Below the pieces are notes generated by a model. The model was given only the letters and a program-made list of their open reading frames with translations, searched no databases and had not been told where the DNA came from. A program made the translations under genes and the position numbers. Below, piece after piece: positions 53,760 to 64,000 of a stretch of 64,000 nucleotides of DNA. Source of the stretch: Antedon mediterranea (taxonomy: Eukaryota; Animalia; Echinodermata). The stretch spans positions 11,695,888-11,759,887 of the forward strand of contig NC_092676.1 of NCBI RefSeq assembly GCF_964355755.1. Reading direction: 5' to 3'. Position 1 is the first letter of the stretch. Each line of letters opens with the position of its first letter.

Positions 53760-56700
53760 TTTATTTTTTTTTTTATTTTATTCAATTTCCAGGTAACATA
53801 CAAAAATCATAAACAAGGTACGGCATCATTCAACAAAACAGAACAAAAGTACTATCAGCACCTGCGGGTAACCAAAAGTGGATCAGTTCAAAAGAACTGC
53901 ACTGTCGAGTGGCTTTCCCAACTAATAGTACGAAAAACGCAATAGACATAAAACCCAGTGATAGTCTAGATGAATTCGATATCAGTAATACATTTTTTCA
54001 AATCCCTTCTAAACCCCCCAAAGTTAAACAGGACTTTGTTACGAACTTCATGCGGGATACATTCCCATATTCGAGGGAAATTAACAAACAGGGAGTATTT
54101 AAATGCATTAGTTCTAGCATACATGTGTTTAAAGGTGAGGGACTCTGGATACCGAGAATTAATTGTAAGGTATTCAAATATATCAAAATCAATTAAATTA
54201 TGCAAACACTTAACTACAAAAATTATACTATGAAATTTCATTCTTTGAACCATATCTGGTAAATTTAGTATCTTAAGCCTGTCAGTGAAATCGCCTTCAA
54301 CACACAATTTAGTAACCCGTCTTAATGACTTGTTAATAGCTATATTATGTTGTTTTTGATGTGGATCCCACACAGGAGCACCATATTTAATAACAGGTCG
54401 ACATAGTGCATTAAAAAGTCGTAGTAAAACTTCGGTGTCATTGAAACCTACAAACCGTTTGATAAACCCAAGCATTCTCATAGATTTCATCGATACATCA
54501 TTAACGTGAGCAGACCATGTTAAATCACGTGAGAAGTTAATACCAAGATATTTATGTGAATTAACAGCTTCAAGGGGATTGGATTCGATTGTATAAATAA
54601 AATGAGGGATATAATTACGTTTCCTAGTTATGTGCATGACTTTACACTTCTTTGCATTTAATTTCATTTTATTATCCTCACACCATTTGGAAATTTTACA
54701 AAGATCCTGTTGTAAGGTAAGTGCATCATGACGACTGAATACAGGTTTATAAATTACTGTATCGTCTGCATACTGCTTCATAACAGAAGAGGTATTTAGA
54801 GGTAGGTCATAAACAAAGAGATTAAATAGAAGCGGACCTAACACTGATCCCTGAGGAACACCCGAGCCCACTCTATCCCAATCAGAATGCTCCTTATTAA
54901 GAACAACACGTTGGAATCTGTCACTGAGAAAGGAGTGAAGACACTTTAGGAGAGATCCACATACTCCCATGTTGTGCAGTTTCTTGATTACTAAATCATG
55001 GGGAACACGGTCAAAGGCCTTCTCCCAATCAAGGAATATTGCATCAATTACAGGAGGTTGTCTAACATCCATTGTTTGTGACCAATCATGATATAACGCT
55101 GAGGCCTGTGTAATACACGATCTACCTGGATAAAACCCGTGTTGCGTGGGACTTATAAATCCAAAAAATTGAAGATGAAAAAGAATGTTATCTGCTATAA
55201 TACGTTCAAAAACCTTACCTATAATAGAACATAGCGATATGGGTCGATAATTATTAACATCGTTCCGATTACCTGACTTAAAAATAGAAGTGACATTCGC
55301 GAGTTTCCAATCTTTTGGTACAAAGCCATCCGTTAAGAACTTGTTAAACATTTTGCACAACACTGGGGCAATAATTGGAGCTGACATGGATAACATTTTA
55401 GGTGTAATCCCGTCTGGTCCAGGGGATTTGTTGGGTTTCAATGACAATAGAGCCACGAAAATAGTTTTTTCAGTAATATTAATGTTATTAAGAGGAACAA
55501 TATCTGGGTGAACACAATTACAGATCTCATGGTTAACATTGAAATTACGATTAGGTTCGTTAAAGTTTGACGCAAAGAATGTGGAAAATGCATTTACCGC
55601 ATCAATATCGGAAACCAAGGGTATACCGTTAAAAACAAAGTTTTTGACTTGTCCAGTCTTACGCCTAGTCTTAACATAACTAAAAAAACGTTTGGAGTCA
55701 CCATTTACACAGGCGACGCTTAATTTCCTAATATATTGTAAATGAGCTTTTTTGTTAGGTTTCTTAATTTATTACTAAACTTTCTATATTTGTCCATCTT
55801 ATATAAGCCTCTTTTAGCATTCGTTTCTTTTTACGAGCCATGATAACCATTTCTTGAGTTATCCAAGCTGGCCTGTTTCTTTTTTTACTTTTGACTTTAG
55901 GGATACAATCGTTGATAGTGGCGAGAAAGAGGTCTTTAAAATTTTCCCACATTTCCTCACAGTCTGATTGTTCCAGGCACAGTCCCCAAGGAACCGCCCC
56001 CAACGTTGTAAAAAGATCGTCATGGTCACATTTACTATATTGATAATAATATCTATCTACAGGTTTAACTTTACTGCATCTAGCGTTAATATTAAAATAA
56101 ACCCCAAGGTGGTCACTTGTACTGAGACCGGGATGACTTCTGAAATTACATACAATGTCAGGGTTATTGCACAAGACCAGATCAATAATGCTACTTTTGG
56201 TGTTAGATACACGAGTAAAAAAATCAACAAATTGTATAGTATCAAGTGGAGCAATAATTTCTTTAAATTTCTTATAAACTAAGAGACTATCAACACCGTA
56301 ATCATAATTAAAATCACCAGTTAAAATTATACCACAGTACTTATGTAAAATAGATAGGATAAAATCAACGACATCGTGGAATTGATTGAGCCAATCGTCA
56401 TTTGAACTCGGTGGCCTATAAACAGCACATATTAAAACGTTAAAATTGTTATTTACAGTTATTTCAATAATTTTGACCTCAATGTTAGTAGGAAAGTCAA
56501 CAATAGAGGATTTAAATGCGTTCTTCAAAGCTAACAGAACACCACCACCGTGTCTTGAACGGTCTTTTCTGTACACAACGAATGAGTCTGGAAACAGTTC
56601 CGTACTATCAATAGAGGAGTCCAGCCACGTTTCTGTGACAATCAAGATGTCCAATTCATCAATTGCGATACGCGCATGGAATTCTTCGATCTTATTCACC

Positions 56701-57710
56701 ACACTTCTGGCGTTAAATAAAGCAACTTGAATAAGGTTAGTTTCAAAGATGGAAGAATCAGTTGATGTATTGCTGGATGCAAGTGACAATATACTGTTGT
56801 TGTTCAATGAGTTGTAAAAAAATGAGTCCGATAGTTGTGGTAGGGAGCAGATGTTACACGCACATGGATTATCTGGATAAAACACATAACTATCGCTGCT
56901 CATAGGTATGCACTTGATATGAAATATGTGATGACATTCACAGCAAATCAGACATTTTTGATTGCGTCTCGTCGTTTTAGCGCAAGATTCACATGTAGGC
57001 CTATTCTTTGTACTATTACCGTTTCCAATATGCTGGCTCTTGTTCCTATGCATCAGCTCTGGGCCTGGGTGAGGATGAATCTCGCCACTAACCAACAAAC
57101 ATAGGTTAAAAGTCGAATAATGATTGGCGTAATATCTCACAGGCCTACTTATATATCGTTTTCTTGTGGTGTTATTAATGCTAGCACATGTTTGCAAAAA
57201 AAGAGAACATGACTCACCGACACGGATGTTATAGTGAAAATTTTCGTTATGATAGCTGAGTTGACGAACCAGACAATCAAATGAACCTGGTTGAAATATG
57301 ATTGATCTCAGAAATAATGTGCAGAGTAATGTCATCAACTAAATAGAGCCATTATGTTGTTAAATAAGGCAATTCAAATAGGTCCAGATATGTGTTTGTT
57401 GTACCGGTACAGCTAATCAACTAGCGAGCCAGTGTACTACACCGTACTACGGCAGCTGGTTTGGCGCGAAATGCAAATCACGGCGTGATCCGGAATTCCT
57501 TAGTTCCGATGGCACAAATACATCAAAAAAACATCTAAAATTCACGAAATTGGACCACAGATCAAACATAAATACCATCAAGAATGTTCACAAGTGAAAT
57601 AATAACGACTGGAAACATCCAAAACACCAAAGCAAAGTCAAATTCACTAGGAAAAACTGAGTTCCAAACACACTGAGGAGCACGATTAAAAACACGTCCG
57701 TGTCGTTCGA
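53760..57710 (-). mobile_element. Near full-length CR1-clade LINE: PHD-like finger + APE + RT, one frameshift
   Basis: ORFs 55764..57338 and 53966..55618: NARS, ETWL, GDFN, SDH, GVPQGSVLGP, YADDT; A-rich tail at ~53760. Confidence 0.92.
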
Positions 57711-57799
57711 GTGGTATTTACATCAATTAAAATATAGGGATAATTTTATTATTATGAAAAATGAATGGAATAATTTATTATTTATATTTTAACTTTTAA

Positions 57800-59147
57800 A
57801 TGTAGTCAAGATGTTAAAACACAGATTTCTCAATACAAAATTAACATAAATTGCATTATGCCCAATTCAAGAATTTATCGAATTAGGATTGCGAATGATG
57901 ATCTTTGTTCATTATGTAAATCTGTGAAACAATGAAGCATCTCTTAAAAAACTAAATAAAAAAAACTAATATGGTCATATTTCAGACATGGTGGAATGAT
58001 TCAATGCAATATGAACTTTTATTAGATTTTAAAATCAATATTTTTTGTCATGGCGTTTGTGGCGTCGGACATGGTGGATGGTCATGTGTGATCTGCTTAA
58101 ATTAGCAAATAGAAGAATTAAAAACATTAAGGAGGAGCTTCAAAATAAGTGGAAACGTATTATTAAGAATGCAGATATTTTCGAATGTGATGATAATAAT
58201 GAGTTAGTTAAGAACAAATAGGAGATTAATACTACCAAATTAATATACTCATGGTTTTTGAAAGAATATTTCATTATTCCAATGTCACAATTATAATGGG
58301 ATGAGTACTTCAATGATAACAACATAGATTGGAAAAAATCTTGGTTACGGAAAGTATGTAAAATGAAGGATAAGAAATTAGCACAATTCAATTATAAGAT
58401 GTTACATATAATACTGCCTACCAACAAACGGTTTTATCAGTGGAAAGTTAAAGAAACACAAACGTGTGACAAATGTGGAGAAATTGAAAATGAAAATCAT
58501 TTGTTTTTTAGTTGTAGATTTATTCAGAAATTTTGGAGGAAAACGCTAAGTATCTTTTTAAGTTTACATCACAATAATACTGTATATCATTTAAGAAATT
58601 AATACTAGGAACGGGAGATAAGCTAGTAGATTTTATTCTACTATTTATAGAATAAAAATATTATCAGCATTAAATAAGCCAGTGGGTAAATCTTTATGGA
58701 GATCATTTAAAAGCAATATGCTATAATAACATTGAATGTGAAAAATATAACAACAAAGAAACAAGTATAGAAAAATGGGTAACTTTAAGACATACTATTA
58801 TGCTAATATAATTTATAATTTGATACGATTTATCAGAAAAAGAATTACTGTGATACGAGTTATTATTTTTATTCGTTTTATCTTACATATATAATGTATA
58901 TAAATAAATTGTATAATCCGGGTTCTAAAATGAATACAAAAATGAAAATGAAAGTGTATAGGAAAATATAAGAAAATTTATGAAAAAGGGGGTAATACGC
59001 AATTAAAAAATGTAAGAATTTTACTGATGAATGGTAACATTTGGAATTAACAAATATGTGTTAGAGAATATGATTTCATGTAATGACATGAGATAATATG
59101 AATGTGAATAAAAGTGGTGTTTGCGCCACAAAAGAGACAACAAAAAC
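57800..59147 (+). mobile_element. Tx1/L1-like 3' fragment(s)
   Basis: FNYKMLH.ILPTN..CDKCGEIENENHLFFSC; ends AATAAAA-GTGGTG..CGCCAC-A tail. Confidence 0.75.
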
Positions 59148-60239
59148 TAGAATTATTATAAAACATTAAACATTGTTCTGACCAATGAGTTTATAATCAG
59201 ATAATCAAAGAAATTAATATGGTTTTACTAATATACATACCTTGGTTGTTTTTGGTATTAAAATGTTTCTGGTAACACTGCTTGTAGATTTTTTTAATTA
59301 CCCCAGTATTTTATTTTAGAAATCACTTATTAAACATTAGAACTACCTATTTGTAATAAATCAGCTTAAAAATACACCACTTTGGGCGTTATGGTGAAGT
59401 AAAACACTCCTTTTAAATAAATGGTATCTCCCAAAGTATGAAAAAAATGAAATAGGTACATAATGCATTGTTATTATGCAAATACTAATCATTTTTTTAT
59501 AATTAAATATACAAAACAAAAATATCATTTATGAACAAAATTTGTCAGAAACACAAATGTACCCAATGCCATGGAAATATATGTGTGAAATAAAAAAAAT
59601 TCATATTTGATTTCTCTCAAAACATGTATATAGCCATGTGCAAAATTTGAAAGAAATTAATTTGTTGAGTCTGCCACTATTTTTTATATCTCTTTAATTC
59701 TTACAAACAATGGCTCTTAAGGTCTATTTTATGTGATGAAAATAAGTGAAATAAGTTGTGGTCATGGGCAAGTAAATGAATCTGTTAAAGTAGACTTTTA
59801 TTATAAATTAAAAAATTAAACAAGTAGCCGCAAGTCATGTGTGGAATGCCTATTATGAAATGATACATATTGAGATTTATTATTCAAATAATCTGTTATC
59901 CAAAACAATAGTTTTCCTCGAATACCATAATTAAATAATTTTGAAATTAAAATTGTGTGATTAATAGTATCAAACTGAAAAGACAAAAACACCAAGCAGT
60001 CTTCAACAGTATGTGCCTACACCCATACATCGACATGATTACTCATTATAATTATTTACTGATATGTTCGCAATTGGATGACAAAAACATGGCGTTAGTT
60101 ACCAAATTAAATGCTGACATTACTTCAGTTTTGATAATTTTCGTACAAACTGAAACTGTTTTAAAGTATTAGCAGTGTTCCTGCATACTTATAATAACTA
60201 TAACCTAACCGTTAACCTAACATTATTTATTTATTCAAC

Positions 60240-60553
60240 TTCTCACTGGACACGGGACCAACAGGTAGTAAACACCTCTAAAAACGGTCCAGTCCCAAAT
60301 GCACAGTGGCTGTGTGTAACAGTGGCTGTGTTTGTGTGGACTAGTACACCGGGATAACCCCCTACTCGTCTCGAAAGATATACTAGGTTTTTTAAAGTGC
60401 ACATGAGCTATGTGTACACTGGACCTACGATTTATAGTCCTTATCCGAGAAGACTCGTTCTACCACCAGAACCATGGAGCGAGTGAGCCTCGAACCCCTG
60501 CCGATGTTATGGCTAGGTAATTACGGTTCCACTGTCGCTTGGCCACTCACTCT
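60240..60553 (-). mobile_element. tRNA-derived SINE with a V-domain-like core
   Basis: A box GTGGCCAAGCG, B box GGTTCGAGGC, then TCGGATAAGGACTATAAATCGTAGGTCC..GAGTAGGGG..CCCGGTGT. Confidence 0.7.
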
Positions 60554-61199
60554 TATGATACGGGCATCACATGTCATATAACTACAATGCTATAACTACC
60601 AAATATTCATATTATACTGGGCAAATTGTGTAGTATGTGGAGTTACAGTGCCCATTTTCACACAACCTGCTTTAAGATAAAATATAATTGCATTGATAGT
60701 TGATTACTATTGTAACATTAGTTAGTAAATACAAAAATAAGGTGTCAAATAATGTTTTTGGATTGAAAAGGTGTATATGTCAATGTTGTAATGTAATTTT
60801 TGAATAAATAAATAATTGTTACTGACGGCCATGACAAATTACTTTTATTAGGAAATTTCTAAATAGTTTGCACGTGGTTAAAAAATGTGATATTGAGAAC
60901 TATTTTAAATTATGTAGGTATATAATATAATAATTGCATTGTTTAGTTAATTACTTCAGTTTTTTCAGTCATGCAACTGCTGCACATTCTAGCATACCTT
61001 TCTTTTCTTTTTGACGTATCTGCTTGTTTGTATTACCTCTCGCAACGGTCTATTTATTTAAATGTTTTATATGATATATGCTTGTAGTTTAAGGTCGGTC
61101 TTTTATTGTTTTTTTTTTCATTATTTATTATTACCAGGTATTTTAATTACATTTTCAATTAGGCTTATCTTACACTTTACAGCGTATTACACACCTGTT

Positions 61200-64000
61200 C
61201 ATGCTAAACTACTCTATGATTTGTATTGCATGTGAATCAAACTCTAGTAGCTGGTTATGCTCAAACTGTACTGGTTTTATTTTTCCTCTTAATCATCCTG
61301 AAGATGATGACGAATTTCTTTATGTACTTAAGTATTTATTTTTGATCATGATGTTGGTTTTGAAATGCTAAACTCGCTTGTATTAAACCCTTTTGGTATT
61401 GATCTACATCTAAGTTCAACCAACTCTACTAACGATTCTGCATTTTCAGATAAAAATGACATATGCCATTATGAGATAATTTAACTGGTTTTTTAATTGT
61501 TTTTAACTCCAAATTAGATTTAAAGTCACATTCCTTTAGTGTTTTTCATCATAATTCCAGAAGTCTAGTCAAGCATTTCAACAAAATAACGGATTATTTA
61601 AGCTTGCTTAACCATATTTTTCAGCTTTATGCTTTACTGAAACTTTCTTCAACACAATGAAAACCGTTTTTTCTTTCTACAACCCTGGCTACACTCTCTT
61701 ACATTCATCTAAAACCGAGAGGGCTGGAGGAGGTGCTGCATTATACATTGACCAGAGATTTCAATACACCATGCGTAATGACCTTTCTTCTCTTATTTCA
61801 GATAATTCTGAATGTATTTTTATTGAGATTAATGCACAACCAAAACAGCAAACCTAATTAGGTGATCATTTAGAATAAAATGATCACCTATTGTTATTGT
61901 ATGAAATCTTTGTTATTATTTATTACTTTCTGTACAGATTTTGTGTAACAGATATCTCAAAAAGTTTAATGTCATTGATTACCAAAAGTTCACAATGTCT
62001 TTCAAATACTTTAACTTAGGTCTAATAAGCTTTTCAGCGTGATCACTCAACCGTGACGTAATTTATACGCCATTTTGTGAAATCACATTATCAATCATAT
62101 CTCCATAATTAATTATCACATATTAATGTAATTCACTAAACGTAAACTTCATGTCAAAGGTAAAAATATTAGCAAAAAAAAAACGCACACACACGTAGGG
62201 TCATGCGCGTGAAATCGCGCTTTAAAAATTAAAAAACCTCAAAATTAAGTTTTGATCAATTTAGAGCATGAATTAGGCCATTTGCGTGTTTCAAAAAATT
62301 ACTGCGCAAAAAAAAAATTTTGAGCGCGCGATACTTAAAAAGCGTAAAAAAAACGATTTTTTTTTACAAAACGCATTCTACTCACCATCTTTAGTACATT
62401 CACCAAATTTGAGTCAGTTCCGATATAAAATAACGCTATACGAGCAGGTTCAAAATGACAAAATGCGCAAATTAATTGCATCAAAGTGTTGAAAATGGTG
62501 AAAAATGAGGCATTTTTAAAATGAAAATAATTCTTCAGAATGCACGATGACCCCCAATTATTTTAACTTTTTCTGGAAGCCGTTGAGTTGTAGATATGAA
62601 TTCATGTACACATTTTACGTACAAACTGTTTTTACGTCATCAAATGGCCACTTGAATTTAAAATTAATTATTTTTCTCTTTTGTCATTTTTTTCACATTG
62701 AATAGAACGCATCTCTGTTACTTTGTGCCCGGTTTTCACTCAATTTTCAGTATGTGATTGCTCAATTAATTGACTTTCTTATGACTTGCCACCACTTTTA
62801 TTTTGATGACGTCATCACGCATAAAAAATTGATTAACATAGGTCGTGTAATTTCACCTTCACCGTAAATTTGAATATCTTACAGCTCTTCAGAATTAAAG
62901 ATTACCTTGATGATTATAATTTATTATGAAAGCTGATGAAATGTAGATATGAATTCATATAAAAATCAAGCCTATCGGATGTTGTGACGTTAACATATGG
63001 CCAGTTGAAGTTAAAAAGTAGTATTTTCATCTTTTTCGTAAAAGTTATACAAATTTCAAAGAGCGCGTACAGCGCTTCTACGTGCCAAATTTTCTTCCAA
63101 TTCTTATATTTATTTGCTCAATTCATTATCTTTCAAAATTGTCATCTTTGAGTTTATTTTGATAATTCCATCATACCAAAAAATTGGAACATGATGTGTG
63201 TCCCGTAATTTCACCTATGCTACACTGTATATAGATATACAGTATATACTATATATAATAGGCACAACTCAGCACTATAAGCGTATGCATCATGTCATAG
63301 GATGGCGTACATCAACTTTTAACGATCGTATGTTAACGTACATGATGCATGTTTAAAAAGTTTTAATTTCATTAAAATGATAAAAATGATCACCTATAAT
63401 TCGTCAAAGTGACGAATTAAATTCTAGTTGACACTATTTTTTGTAATAATATCCATGACAAAATTTTACCAGGCATTTTTTATGCCGATTTTACTGATCA
63501 TTTTCCTGGTTTTTTTTATTAAGCCGCAGTCTTTTCCAATGAATTTTGCAAATATGTCTACAGTTAACGAATAAATAACAGATCCATAAATTCAATGAAA
63601 GATGAGCTTCTTCTGGTTAACTGTGATAATGTGTGTAATACCGTCGACCCAACACTAGCTTATTATGTCTTCCAAACTAAATTCAATTTTATCTACAATA
63701 ACCATATTAAAACAATTCGTAATAAAAGAAATTTCAGATGTGAACGTAAACCTTGGATTTCAAATGGCCTACTTAAGTCGATAGATGTTAGAAACAAACT
63801 CTATAAAACCTTTCTTAGGACTACGAAAATATCTGATAAAACAAGGTACATTAAATACCGTAATACATTAACACGATTACTTAAACTTGCAAAAAAAAAT
63901 TACTACACAAATAAATGTAACAACATAAAAAGTGACATCCATAAAACGTGGCAAACAATTAATACTGTTCTTGGTAAAATGAATGAATTACCCTCTTATA
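61200..64000 (+). mobile_element. Degenerate L2/Crack-like LINE (EN and linker), interrupted by a HINE and running off the window
   Basis: HNSRSL, TETF, RAGGGAALY, ADFTDHFP, KPWISNGLLKSI, AKKNYY. Confidence 0.7.
61858..63429 (+). mobile_element. Helentron-type non-autonomous element (HINE)
   Basis: TAGGTGATCATT (61859) with inverted copies at 61879 and 63385; 3' hairpin AATTCGTCA-AAG-TGACGAATT; TT flanks. Confidence 0.75.

Noticed and set aside
59241-59310. Candidate upstream exon with donor CAAG|GTATGT
   Set aside because: Phase-compatible, but the translation has no lectin or signal-peptide features and there is no clear acceptor.
59948-60036. Signal-peptide-like minus frame MSMYGCRHILLKTAWCFCLFSLIL
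   Set aside because: It runs into a stop with no convincing donor; unsupported.

Overview
AT-rich animal genomic DNA, probably a marine invertebrate (inferred from the repeat families), with no prokaryotic features. The main feature is a minus-strand multi-exon gene that I spliced by hand: 21 GT-AG exons between 32274 and 2079, frame-consistent, at least ~2,946 aa, with the 5' exons not found. It encodes an atypical adhesion-class GPCR: F-type (fucolectin) lectin domain, a ~1,840-aa GGRPGGQG repeat stalk encoded by one 5.5-kb exon, a six-bladed YWTD propeller, a short GAIN domain with a non-canonical GPS, a degenerate secretin-like 7TM and a long cytoplasmic tail. Introns and the upstream 32 kb are full of mobile DNA: Penelope-like elements with hammerhead-like motifs, CR1/L2, RTE, RTEX-like and Tx1/L1 LINEs, nested non-autonomous Helitrons, Helentron-type HINEs, a piggyBac MITE, a PHIS/Harbinger (Pangu-like) transposon and a V-type SINE. 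All exon and element boundaries were read manually and need computational or RNA confirmation.
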